NCBI RefSeq assembly: GCF_902459465.1
Contig: NC_047062.1
Location: 9,300,001-9,364,000, forward strand
DNA length: 64,000 nucleotides
Direction of reading: 5' to 3'
Source: Asterias rubens
Taxonomy: Eukaryota
Of the stretch, positions 24,484 through 37,915 are shown piece by piece; the first letter of the stretch is position 1; the number at the start of each line of letters is the position of its first letter. The notes under the pieces are model-generated. The model saw only the letters and a program-made list of their open reading frames with translations. It did not search any database and had not been told where the DNA came from. The position numbers were made by a program, and so were the translations under genes.

Positions 24484-26056
24484 GAATACACAATCTGAGA
24501 AAAGTTTCTGACAGTAACGTTTCTCAAATTCAAATTTTTGGGGATAAACACTGACATATTTTTCCATAACCACATAACTTCGAAGTGAAACAATTCTTAA
24601 AATGCTTTGTGTCTATCGAAAGCTGCTGTAAGTTTTGATTGCCATTAATTTTAGAACTGAGGTAACCAGATGTATCATATTCAAGATATTGTTAGAAACT
24701 CATTTTGCATAAGCTAATGTTCTGTTTGTTTGTTTTGTTCTGTTCCATAAGGCTATTTGGTCGCGTATTTGTGTTATGTAAGTAAAGCGCCTGTGTGATT
24801 AAGTGCTATATAAATATATTACGTATTATGAATATAACTGATCAGCCAGGCAATTCAATCATTGTATGTATACAATGACCAGTTTTGGCTAAGTCTTACT
24901 GCATAAAACCATTGCCAAGTGAGGCACATGGACCCAAATCTATAACCAGTATTTGCGATTTATTGTAAAACAACCCATTCAAACATAACCATTGTAAATC
25001 AAACTTATTTTCATGTGTTAACATATGCGGGGAACAGGATACCATTAAATTTATATGAGTGTATGAAAGTTAAAGGGTAGGTTTGGTTTGGTAATGACTC
25101 GCTGAACATTAATTGTAAAACTTGATACAGCAGCTTTGGGTAGTCATGGAGCAATTAGTTTATTGCTTCATGGGATAGTAGAATTAATTTGGAGAAATTT
25201 CTCACTTGAAGTACTGCAGTTATGGAAACAACAGGTATCAATTTTTATCCGCACAAATTTGAATCTGTGAAGCGTTACTGCAGTACCGCTTCTCATTATT
25301 ATAGTGTATTATAGTTGCAGATTCTTCCTGTGTGGACATAACCGCTCCCGATTTTCGGCAATCACAAGATACCATGAAATGGGATTTTCACAGGTAATTT
25401 TTTTGCTAAAAGTAGTTAATGGCCTGACGTTTCGACGCTAGCAGAGTCTTTCTCGAAGGCTAAAGGTAAAATGTTTGTTAAATACATCTACAAATATAGG
25501 ATTGAAACAAAAAGTGCATATAGTCCCTTTAATGTGGTACATGAATGATTATAATGTTCATTATTTTCCTATCCGCATAGTATCATGCAGTGACTGCGTG
25601 TACTTGCGACAATGTTGAAGCTACGTCGTATCGGGCGATGATTGAACCATAGTGACCTACATTACAAGGTCATAAATATTGACAGAATGATGTGACGTAT
25701 GATTACATTTGCAACAGTTGTTGCACACATCGCGTCACACTCGACGACATAGACTCAAAGGGAACAAAGGGTCAAAGAACAAAGGTTGAAGGCTAATATG
25801 ATATGAAGATAAGTTGGGTTTTACTGTTTACAGGAAATATTTATAACAAATAAATAAACTGACGCATATTCAACTGTACAATAATTCAACAATTATCTGC
25901 CTAGACAGGCGCTATCGTTGATCCATTCATTTAGTACTTTTTTGTAAACATGGAAATAAAATGCAGTTAGATAAGCGTTTTAATTGGTTTAATAACTGTT
26001 TTTCTTGAAGTAGCTAAAACTTGAAAAGGTTAAACAATAGTATAATCTATGACGTT

Positions 26057-26444
26057 TGAAGGCTCTGGACACTATTGGTAAATTCTCAAAATAATTGTTA
26101 GTATAAGAAGTGACTTGGTAACGAGTAATGGAGAGCTGTTGATAGTGTAAAACATTGTGAGAAACGGCTCCCGATTAAGTAACGTAGTTTTTGAGAAAGA
26201 AGTAGTTTCTCAGTAAAGTATTTTAATTTGTTTCGAGACCTTACGCTTGAGGTCCCGTAATCAAGTATCTGAACGCACACAACTTCGTGTGACAATGATG
26301 TTTTTTCTCCCATTACTATCTGCCAACTTCGACGACCAAATGAGCTCAAACTTTCACTGGTTTGTTATTTTGTGCATATGTTGAGATACACCAAGTAAAG
26401 AAGACTGGTCTTTGACAATTACCAATATTGTCCAGTTTCTTTAA
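26057..26444. mobile_element. TTAA MITE copy
   Basis: gaaggctctggacactattggtaa ... gtccagtttctttaa; family body. Confidence 0.8.
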
Positions 26445-26923
26445 AGACTTACATTGACAGTCACCTTTAGGCGGATTTTCTAATCAGATGGTCTGATTCA
26501 AAACTCATGAATTCAAATTCACATTGAAATTGTTTGGCAGAACCAGACATTTCTCGTGGTTTAATTTCTCAGCCCCCGCCCCCCCCCCCACACACACAAA
26601 GAACCTGGTCACTGCACATGTCATCGTGATAAAAAAAAAACATTCTCAAATATCTTTGTACTTCGGTGTTACCAAGTTTGAATCAGTATTTTAAGGTTTT
26701 TAAACACAAACATTTTGGGACAAAAATGTACATGTAGATCGACCTTATCGGTTAAGGTTCAATTTTATGGCCCAATTTCGTGGCTTACCGAATTTCATGG
26801 CAAGCAGAGCCATGGTATGTATCAGTGGTCGGATTTCCCCCTCCGTCATTACAGGTGTGATTCTGTACTCTTCAATAAAGCTCAGTGTCATCATGGCTTA
26901 CTTGGGTTATTACAAAACGTGAA

Positions 26924-27609
26924 TTAAAGGCACTCGACACTATTGGTAATTACTCTAAATATTCGTGTGCACAAAAACTCACTTGGTAACGCGCAATGGA
27001 GACCTGTTGATATTATGAAACATTGTGAGAAACGGTTCCCTCTGAAGTAACGTACAAAAATGTAACTTTTGTTAACTCAAACATTAAAATACTTCAAGCT
27101 GGTCTGATTCAAAACTCGTGAATTCAAAGTCACACCAGACATTTCTCATGGTTTAATTCCTCAATTGCCCAAGACTGTCGTTGCACTAGATGTCTCCGCG
27201 TGAAATAAAACAGGGGAACTCTTCATATTATTATTCTCAAAGTGCCCTTTTTAGGCATCTGAAAGCACACACAATTGTGCAACAAAGGTGTTTTTCTGCA
27301 TGCCATTATTCTCTTGCAAATTTGATGACCAATATTGAGTCCACATTTTCACAGACTCTGTTATTTATGCTTATGTTAAGATACACCAAGTTTGACTTAC
27401 TGGTGTTTGACAACTACCAAAGGTTTCGTGCCGTCGATTTCACAAAACTCTTCCTAACTTACGACTAATCTTAGGACTTAGGACGAGACCCAACCCTGCA
27501 CTGTAGCATGCAGACCTTAAAATTAATCCTAAGTTAAGACGAGTTACTCTTCCTAACTCGAGATAAGACGAGTCCTTACTCTTTGTGAAATCGACGGCAG
27601 TGCCTTTAA
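26924..27609. mobile_element. TTAA MITE carrying two nested insertions
   Basis: TTAA|aggcactcgacac ... agtgcct|TTAA. Extra sequence at about 27100-27240, and a GCCGTCGATTTCACAAA-terminated MITE at about 27430-27598 splits the right TIR. Confidence 0.7.
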
Positions 27610-29715
27610 CACCGATGATATCTTTGTGTGGACAACCTTTCCATGAACTCAGACGGACGACCATGTAAAAGGGAGTTCGTTATTTTTGATGCAATTTCAT
27701 CGCTTTTTTACCAACATCAAGATTGTCTATATCGTCGACAACTAAGGTTAACATTTTCAGACTGAATAAAGTTTTACTGCAGAGGATAACTAAACTGAAG
27801 GTTGTTGCTTACTCCTCACGTATACTCATCACCTTAATAAAGCACAGTTTCCACACAAAAGTGAGTTTTGAAACCACACAAAATCCAAACAGTTTGCACT
27901 CTAACATTGCCAAATGACACAGAATTATTTAAGCTTGTTTATCATTTAATAGCAAGCTATGACATGCTTTTGTTTGACAAATTGTTTATAGTCTAGGGAC
28001 AACCATTGTTTGGTGAAGGTCAGATGCTCTTGATCATCGTAGTTGTGACAGCTTTGTGTATTGCTTTGTATGGCGTGACTAGTTTTGACGATTACATCTA
28101 ATTCAAAAATAGGTATGAACCAAGCCTTTTAAGAACTTCGTGTTTTGATTTTCAGTAGACCTGTCTGAATTTTGGCTGGGGTCAAGTCATAAAGATAGAC
28201 TTTCTTCGTCTCTAATTCCGACGATGAAATTGGCATGTTAATTTTTAGATGTGACTGACATGAACAAATAACTATCACAGGAAACAATGGTTAACCACGT
28301 CATTGGTTTTTGTTTACAGTAAACAACAATTTCCACACAGTGAGTCAATAAACACCATATACAATTGCAACCAACCTGTGAAAATACTCCATCACTTTCT
28401 GTGGTCACGTTTGAAAACGCCAAAAGATAATAGCTTATGTTTTTATAAGGATGCCGTGTAATTGTTTGCAGCAGTAGTAAGTATGGTATTTACCCTGGGA
28501 CAAGAGCCCCAGAATCTGAGCCCAAATGCATTTCTCTGCATTACAATCTATTTTATGGAAATGACACATAGACTGATTAATATCAATTTTTGATATGACG
28601 AAAAGGGACATCTGTTATTTTAATAACTCTTGGAAAATATGACACAAACTGTATAAGCTTTTCCGTTGACCAGAAATGCTGTTTATTGCCTGTAAGATTG
28701 GCCAGGGAATGCAACATGAAAAACTATTTTATAAACGAGGTTAAAAGACCAATATTTCGTTGACTTTGACATTTTTCAGAAATAACTATTATTAGCGGAC
28801 TTGTGATGGCCTGAAAAACGAGCTTTCATGTTGAAAATAATATATTTTGACAGTTACAATTTGTAATTTACTTTTAATCGATTATTTGAAATGGTAAAGT
28901 TAGTTTCTTAGTTCGCAAGACACTATAAAACTGTATTATTTTACACATGATCAATACGAAATAACAGAAAGCAATTACCTTCGCAAAATTGAAAACAGAA
29001 AACTGGAAAACAGAGCAGAAAAAACACATAATCACACTAATTTTTTTCAAAGAATTGCGGAAACTGACCATCCACTTCATAATTGTTTTTAAATTAAAAT
29101 TGAATCAAACTTCCACAATGGACAGCTTGAACCTTCAAAACAATAATATTGACATTGATACACACTTGACTTAACCATTTTCCTGTTGCATCATTATACA
29201 AACAAGAAATAACTAATTACATCATTGTCCTAAACAGTAAACAAAACGTGCTTGTTATAAGCGGTGTCACATTTTGTTATGAACTGTCACGTTACTATTA
29301 ATGGAATAAGTAAAACCCATCAGTTGAATTTAATTGTCATATTCCTAAAGGGAAACATCTAATATCCAGATAATCTCACCACAGCAAACACAAAATCTTT
29401 AGCTTTATGGATGGTCAAAGATAATTTAGTTTTTAGATGGAGGATCAGTGGCGTAACTCGAGGTGGGGGTTGAGGGGGTGGGGGTTGCATGTACCTCCGA
29501 TTAATGCCCGTGCACCCCCCCCCCCCCCCGCTTCCTCCGCGATGCCCCTCTTCCCACAGGGAGGGGGGATGTAAAGCACAAAATATATAAAGCAAAGTAT
29601 TTGTGGATTCATGACGCCCAAAAGTTCTGTTTCGTCGGTGGTCGACGGCACACGCTCTTTTAGATGTTTTTGTTTGTTCACAACTCAACATTTGAGGTGT
29701 CTCCTATAAAGTCCT

Positions 29716-29872
29716 GGGGTGGATTTCACAAAGTCCTAGGCAATGCTAAAAGATAGGACTGGTCCTAAGTTAGGACCAGTAACTCATCCTAACTTAGGAC
29801 TGGTCCTATCTGTTAGCATTGCCTATAGGACTAGTCCTAAGTTAGGACTACCTTTGTGAAATCCAACCCAGG
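29716..29872. mobile_element. Small hairpin MITE (GG(T)GGATTTCACAAA family) rich in CCTAA/TTAGG motifs
   Basis: TIRs ctggggtggatttcacaaag / ctttgtgaaatccaacccag. Relatives at 27430-27598 and about 53215-53355; an end fragment at about 63554-63572. Confidence 0.72.
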
Positions 29873-31174
29873 TAAAGTATTGTTGACCTTCCAATTCCTT
29901 TCGTTCGGAGAGCATTTCTAATCTTTGGGGTTTTCAAAATGGACGTTTAGTGGTGCTACTTGTGTGCTAGCCTTTCGCCAAGGCCCCGTGGCTTGGACAG
30001 TTCTGTGGACGGAAAGCGACTGGAGCCGGTGACCACATGCGACAGTGCTGGTGGTCTCCGTTTCCAGTCACTTTGCGGCTATACAGCAGCTTGCCAAGCC
30101 ACGGAGGACTTGGATATGGCTTGTGTCTGCTGCATGTAGATTTCATTCCCTTGGGTAAACCTTCCTCCATGGGTAAACTTTGACATTGATTTTACAAATG
30201 TACGGAATTTCAGATGAACTTATTTTCTGATGGGAGGGATTGAATGTTACAAACCATGGAAAAACACCATGGCAAGAATCAGATATCACAATGTTCAGGA
30301 AGTTTTTTCTTAAAACAACAATGGGATTGTAAACTTTGTAGTGACTGTCGAGGACCAATCTATAGTGCTATCCGGGTTGAATGAATCACAATCGTATAGG
30401 CCTAACCAACGTTTATTTTTTTAGCATTAACAATTTTTACAGATACTCCATTTTACTATTAGCGTCAAGGATAACTAGCCACTAAATCAACTAAGCAGGC
30501 ACGACTTGGCTCCCATTGCCCATGGCAAACGGCACGCACGCGTCCTCACGACCAACATTCTGGTCCATTCAGTTATTTTAAAGGACATTACAACTATTAT
30601 TTTATGGAAATTGCACGGTTTGATTTAAATGAAAAGCTGTTACTTTAACTCATCAATATCCGCCTGACTTTCGGTCACGTCCTGTTTCTGTAAACATTAA
30701 TTATTTACTGCCTTGTAAATATAAGCACATCCCAACAAACTGAATATTGGAAAGCGTATCCTCAGTCTCTTTAATTAATGTGATACGTGTTGCCTTGTTC
30801 CCCTTCACCATGGAGGTAGACTTGACTCAAGTCCCAATCCCGTGCCATCGCCAGAAAACTATTGTTTTGTGATGCTCTGCATTCCCCAACCTGTTCCGCA
30901 CGGGACCACGATAGCTACATTTTGACTGCAGGCATGCTTAGGAGAGATAACCGCATCAGCTAGTCTTGATTGGAGACGCTGTTTTTGTGTTAGTCACCGG
31001 TGAGGGCGTAACAAGGACTGTTTCGGCAGACGGCTCTGAGTTTCGGAGGCGAGTGGCTGATTCGGAGGGACTAGGCAAGTCTAAAAAATCTGGATTGAAA
31101 CAGTGGGATACTGATATCTCTTATATCCATTAATTCATGTTGCGGACAGTACTGTTGCGATACCAAAATGTACG

Positions 31175-31944
31175 CTAAAGGCAGTGGACACTGTGTTGGT
31201 AATTACTCAAAATAGTTTTAGCATAAAACTTTACTTGGCAACGAGTAATGGGGAGCTGTTGATAGTATAAAACATTGTGAGAAACGGCGCCCTCTGAAGT
31301 AACGTAGTTTTAGAGAAAGGAGGTATTTTCCACGAAGTTGATTTCGAGACCTCAGAACTAGATTTTGAGGTCTCGAAATCAAGCATCTGAAAGCACACAA
31401 CTTTGTGTGACAATGGTGTTTTCAAATTGTTAACAAGGTTGCGCTGACAAGATTCTGGAATTCATCCAAGAATCATCAATCAACTATGTGAAGGTGCAGG
31501 TGGTTTATTCAACCTTGCAAATTTATACCTCTATAGTGCTTTACAGACACTGAACACTACTGGTAATTGTCGAAGACCAGTCTTCTCACTTGGTGTATCT
31601 CAACGTATGCATAAAATAACAAACCTGTGAAAATTTGAGCTCAATCGGTCGTCGAAGTTGCGAGATATTAATAAAAGAAAAAACACCCTTGTCGCACCAT
31701 GGTCACACGAAGGTGCTTTAAGATGCTTGATTTCGAGACCTCACTCAAATTTTAAATCTGAGGTCTCGAAATCAAATTCGTGGAAAATTACTTCTTTCTC
31801 GAAAACTATACGTCACTTCAGAGGGAGCTGTTTCTCACAATGTTTTTTGCTTAATTACTATCAACCTCTTCCCATTACTCGAAATCAAGAAAGGTTTGTG
31901 ATAATAAAATTTTGAGTAATTACCAATAGTGTCCACTGCCTTCA
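31175..31944. mobile_element. Two TTAA MITE copies in opposite orientation (31175-about 31420 truncated; 31541-31944)
   Basis: Both match the family body; together they form an inverted repeat of about 250 bp. Confidence 0.78.
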
Positions 31945-33519
31945 AAAAGAAAACTGCGAGATAAAAAAAAACCTTGACCTTCTATGCCACCAAACTTGTT
32001 GCTTTCTGCCTCGTTGCGCATGTGTTGCTATAACATCCACAGGAAACTTTCACAAAATAAAAATAAAGCACACAATGATAGGCGACACTTTTAGACATAG
32101 CTTGGAAACCATTTCTAGTTTTGGTTTGCGTGAGATATGCAAGTGCACACTACTTGTATTCAGTGTTTTCCAAGCTATCATATACTGACTGACGTAAGCA
32201 ACATTGTAATAAGGATCTCGGTCAATTAGTTTCCTGGTTTCTAAACACATTGTTGCTACGGTTACCTTAACAAACACAGACACCAAAACGAAAGGGGAAA
32301 CATAGAAAGACATTGTGCTAATGAGTCTTGAAATTTGAGCAATCTTCTATCAGTAAGTCCAGCCAATATTAGTCTTTTTGAGCATGGTGGACACCATGCC
32401 GAAAAATGGTGGTCCGCCATATCTCAAAAAAGGCTTATAAAAATAGAGCAAGGACCAGCGTCAAACCCAGGCGAGGGGTAGTCGAGAGACGTCGTGAAAC
32501 TGCTCAGTGGTATCTCTCGCGAGTTTAGTCATGAGCATCAAACTTGCTATAAAGCACATACTATCTTGCTGAACAGAAACTGGTTACCAGCCAAAATTCC
32601 ACAAAGTTGACATATTGATTGCTGGTGCTCCACGCATTTTTTGCTTAGCAAAGAAACTTGCCAAGCAGTTTTTTTGTTATCTCATCGAAAACCAACCACT
32701 TAATTCAATCGAGACATATTTATGACTTGACATGAAAGTGAATAATAGGCCTGTGGGGAGCCCGTGGATTACGTCTTGGTCACCAAGACCTTGGCATTGA
32801 ACATTTCCCAGCCTCACGAACATGGGCCGTATCGCCCGCTAGCTTTGCGTATCGTCTGTTCTCCACCACAACGGGCAGTGCGTCGTACCGCCCGCTGGCT
32901 TGGCGCAATATTTTTGATTCGATTTGTCCAGCTTTTACCTCAGACTATCGTCAACCGAAATGAATTCAAAAAGAAAAGGATGCCCTCTGTTCGTTACGTT
33001 AGAGTACTGCAAATTTATAGCTCTGTAGTGCATTAACAGGGACATTGCGAGACAAAAAAACCTTCGATTGATCTACCACCAAACTTGTTCATTTCTTCTG
33101 CCTCGTGAATTTAACTTGAGAGCAAGTCCTTCTCGAGACACTATTTTGTCGACTCTCACAGACCATCCTTGGTCCATCTCATCTTTCCAAAGACAGGACT
33201 TAACCTCATTTATGCTGAAATGTCGCACAAAATGTAAAAATTTCACATATGACGCCTGCCATACGGTTCAATGTAACATTGTTCATCAGTACCAAATCTT
33301 CCAAATAAAAGTTTCTGTATTACGCTGTCAAGGCCGAATAATTAACAAGTTCCCATAATATATCACCATTGCTTGTTGCAATTTTTGCGATCAAATAAAA
33401 TGCTTCTTTCGGTGAACGTGTACATCCCGACCCCGGACGAAACTTTAAAAATATTTGAAGAAATCGCCATTCGTTGTTTTAAGAACAATATACACTGAAT
33501 TGGGGTAGTGTAGTCGGAA

Positions 33520-34184
33520 TTATAACACCCCTTACAAATCTTCTGCATTTTCATTGGTTTAGAGCGCGTCACGTGATATGTCTTAGTTTTACTAGACGGC
33601 GGCCGTGTGATCGTGCATCGTTTGCCGTGTGTTAGTCCAAAGACTATAAACGGCGTGCAGTACCCAGACTTCGCTCGGCCCCAGCGGCCAGTCTATCCAG
33701 GACCGCTGGGATGGGCTAATCGCTTGCACAGATTCTTGTTCAGGAAGTACGTCATGTATGCAGAGCATAGAAATATGGTGCAGTGTGAGTGTGATGCATG
33801 ATGGGACTGCGCATTATTAAACCAATGTGCGTGCAGGATACGTTTGCCCATCCCAGCGCCTTTGGTTAAAGCAAGGCGCTGGCGACGAGCGATTACCCAG
33901 ACGTCTTTTTATCCACCTCGAACCCAATCAGTTGTGCATCTGTGTAGCTGCAACGCGCGTACGAACGTTACGTGTACGAAGATGATAAATCGTCTGTTGG
34001 GGTGTTATAAAACAAATATTGACTGCTTTAACTTGTGCTATGGTTAAAACTACGCCTCCCTCGGTGATCCCCAGACAGTTCCATTTTCCCTCGGCTGCGC
34101 CTCGGGAAAATAGAAGGCTCCGGGGATCACCTCGGGAGTCGTAGTTTTTAACCATAGCACTCGAAGTAGTCAATATTTGTATAC
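33520..34184. mobile_element. Palindrome-ended element copy 2 (inverse of 15481-15995) with nested 9-bp-TSD MITE at 33670-33893
   Basis: Hairpin 34013-34178 with core CCCTCGGCTGCGCCTCGGG. The body matches the reverse complement of 15840-15950. The nested insertion is flanked by tacccagac at 33661-69 and 33894-902. Confidence 0.7.
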
Positions 34185-36729
34185 TATGATTTGACACAAA
34201 GTACACGGTGTGCTTTCAACACTTTGACCGTTCTGGTTTCTTTGAGTTGACCCGTGATTTTGACCAGAGTGTGCTTTTTAATCAGTGTATGGGAAATGTT
34301 TTAATCAGTAAAGGAAGTTCAGGAAATTCAGTTTTGAAGGTCTCTGACCACTGTTGAAGAAAGGACACGCTGATTTGATATCTAACTAAGGCTATAGTTT
34401 ATACACCCACCCAATTGGACCGGTGATGAGCGAGTGTCTCGTGGAAAAGATAGATTTTCAGTGAGTATGGTCAAACCATGGAATTCTACCTCCATTGTCA
34501 AACTAAACCCTTCTTCCATGGTAAGGAGTATCCGACTAAGAAAATTAGCGTAGACCTATAGGTTTTTGTTAAAACCCATTCCGAAGTGTTTTTAGAAATG
34601 ATATCGAGGTTAAAAGAAATCGAAGCTCCAACAAAAATGTCCTTGGGGAAAAAATAATTGTTTGTGTCATTGTCAGGTCATCAAAATCAGTCCTGAAGCC
34701 ATGGAAATGTTATCCGTGGCCTACCATACCATCCTTGTCAATTATCCTAACTTTTTCAATAAGTTCATTTACCTAGTTTCCTTTTTTTTTTTTTTTAGAT
34801 CAGGAGATATATTCCTTTTGTTATCTTTCAGGGTCTTACATAACACTGCGCAACACTTGTTACATGGTGAAAATACACAGAGGAGCAGTGGCGTTTCAAT
34901 GTTTACCAATATTGTTATTGTTAAACGAATTGTGACCCCGTTAGATCGCAGATTGGGAAAAATGTAGTAACAATTCCACCAAGCGGTTACAGCAATAAAA
35001 TAAAAAAATAAAACGAGAAATGCTTGTTTTTCTAAATTACAAATCTGCAATGGATGGGCCAAATATCTTTCTCATGACATTCCGTGCTTGGGGTCTACCC
35101 CACCGATAGTTAGTCAAGAATTTTACAAACCCCAAAAAGATACAACATTATACAACTTTTTTAATTTATCAAGATTGACTGATCTATCAAAAGCACAAAT
35201 TGTCCTGCAAGCGCAACAACATATTACATAAAACTAATATCACCTATCATCATAAATATTGAATAAAAGAATTGGCTTATCAGACGTTGGACGATGATAA
35301 AAGTACGTATTTAGCGCAAACACGGAATTGGATGGTCGTTTCATAATGGTGAGTAATCACAAAGAGTGACTGAACAAAAAAACGAACCTTGAAATAACGT
35401 GATTTTTTCATGAACTTTGAAACGTTAAACTACTTAAAATTAGTGATTGGAGCTGTCTGGAGCATTTTGTCATCGACAAATTTGTTTGTTCAGTGAGTAG
35501 CTGGGCGAATTTAATTAACATGACTTTGGTAACAACCTTTTGATACATAAACAACATTCTTTAAGGTCTTCTGCGTTGGTTAAAAAGGCTCTCACCAACA
35601 TCAATGGTCGTAACGCAAAACAAATCCCCATACATTACGGGTTTCTGTTTTGCTATTCATAACCATCTAGAAATTTACTGGCCAATTTCAAAATGTGCAT
35701 GTCGATGCAACTGTCACGGGCCAACAAGTTCGAATTTTAGTAAACCATAACAAATAATGTTTTAAAATAATAATTATGTATCATGTCCTATATAAATAGG
35801 TTTGTGGTGTTCCACATTCAACCAGACGGCTCGCGTGGGTTGCTTACAAGAAAGAAAAAAAGACTACAAAAAATTCAAACAGCATATTATTGTTAATACA
35901 CATAGTCACACCGTGGCATTCTCATTTATACGGATAGGTTTCTGTGGCTATAACTTTGTTTTAACTAGAGTGTGAGATGAAAAGGAATATGATAGAAAAG
36001 GGATATATGTGGGCTTTATATTGGCTGACACCATGGTGGGATACAAAGAAATCCGGTGGGTTTGATTGGAAACGCACACCATGACGGAAACCATGCAGTG
36101 AGTTTTTGACATTGTCTGTGATGGTCAAATCGTTGTACGTTGTTGTACCACGAGGACTCATCAGCGCACACCCCATGAGTGTTTCCCTTTATGAATCAAC
36201 CTGTGGGCGAATAGTTGATTATTGTCTTCTTAAATAATGTTCTCCTTCGATTTCGATTTCGAAGATCAGAAATGTATGTTAAAATGTTTAGATCAGATTG
36301 AATGTGTTTGTCCATATCTTGTCGTTTTGACGACTACTGTTATTTCAATTATTTTAAAGATTAACAAAAACTCTTACATTTGCCTCTTTTACACATAATC
36401 ATTACGACCATGGTTAAGATAATGTATCTAACTATCATGCACATTTTCATAAATTAAATTGAAATTTAAAACAAATCGAAGTATGTTCAGTATGAAAAAC
36501 AAAATTTCCCAAAAAGAATATTGTTTTTATTTTTTTTGTATAAAGGACTGTAGATAATGAGACATAGCAATTGAGTACATAAGTCTGTGAGTAAAATATG
36601 AAACAACAAGTGATTCACAATTTTAATACTGAACCTTTACGCAGACTTGAACAATCACAGGCAGCCTATCCTATACACAAGATTCCATATGATAAATGAG
36701 ACAAGATACTAATGAAAAGTACCTGACAG

Positions 36730-36870
36730 TGTATCACAATTACCATTCCAGTGTTTTAACTGAAGCCACGAAACACACTAATGGTTGAACTCATCAATTG
36801 AAGTGACGTCACTGATGGTCAGTGAGATGATTCGTTAAAATGGCGTCGAGAGGTGACAAGGCCATTAATC
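36730..36870 (+). repeat. About 135-bp direct repeat, copy 1 (copy 2 at about 38850-38990), centred on a perfect CRE
   Basis: gtgtatcaca...ctcatcaattgaagTGACGTCActg..ggtcagtg.gatgattcgtt..aatggcg.cgagaggt present at both loci. Confidence 0.85.
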
Positions 36871-37814
36871 CTCCTTGAGTCACGTCTATCAGTGTTGTAG
36901 GTTATCATCAGAGATATGGATAATAAATTATTCGTGCAATATTCCAGCCTCATACGAAACACATATCAAGCGGTTAAAGTCATTACAAATCTGACACCGA
37001 ACTTGAATATGGAAACATAATGACGTCATCGGATTTTATTTACCAGTTTCTTATTCCAAATTCGAAATCTTTGGATACCATTCACCTTGCGTACACAAAT
37101 TAATACTGATGTTTACACCTAACACCTTGTTTAAAAAAAATGTCCATAGTGTCATACATGTTTTGTACATGTTTTTACGGTTTAGATAAATAATGTACAA
37201 CAGTGCTCGATCTGGTTCTAGACACGTTATTACGCGAAGACACATCCAATTTCATTGAGGTTTAAATCATGCCTGATACCAACAATAACATGAAAACAAA
37301 CAGGGAAACCGACCAAAGAAAATCATGTTGTCAGTAATGGTCACTGGTTGAGAGTTCAAGTTCAAGCTGCTGATGACTGCGGTGAGAAACTAAAATACAA
37401 TAGCAGCATATCATCGTCAATCGCATATATAATGTTTGTAATGTTTTTACAATTTATTACAAAATAGCAGTAACAGTCACAGGCTGGCAGCAAATACTAG
37501 GAAACGTGAATAATTCCCGATCGCAAAATAGCAATTTACAATTCAGATTTTCAAATCTGTGTGTGTTTTGGTTTGTTTTGCTAGTTCTCTTTTGGAAAAA
37601 TGTATCTGACAGCTCAAATTAATGAAGTGCTGAAGATAATTCGAATCATCCCACTGGAACTTTGTGCAACTTACCAAAAACAAAACCCCAAATCTACCAT
37701 TGCTTGTTAGACTACTTTTGTTCAAAGGACAAATCTGCAATCGTCATTAGCCAAATCTAAACTATTTCTGTGATTTGATCACTCTATTGTTGAAAGTGTA
37801 TAGATAGTGTTTAC

Positions 37815-37915
37815 GAATCTACACTTAAATGTAGATTGATTCTTTGCGAATCTACACTTAAGAGTAGATTCGTAACGAATCTACAGTTGAGTAGATTAAT
37901 TACGTGTAGATTCAT
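37815..37915. repeat. Array of short GAATCTACAC/GTAGATTC hairpins (further copies at about 38210-38272)
   Basis: gaatctacacttaaatgtagatt, gaatctacacttaagagtagattc, gaatctacagttgagtagatt, gtgtagattc. Confidence 0.8.

Noticed and set aside
37815-37915. Hairpins such as ATCTACACTTAAGAGTAGAT resemble the reverse complement of a Cas12a crRNA direct repeat
   Set aside because: Linkers are only about 5-12 nt rather than spacer-sized, the repeats are not identical, there are no cas genes, and the context is an intron-containing animal genome. The similarity is treated as coincidental.
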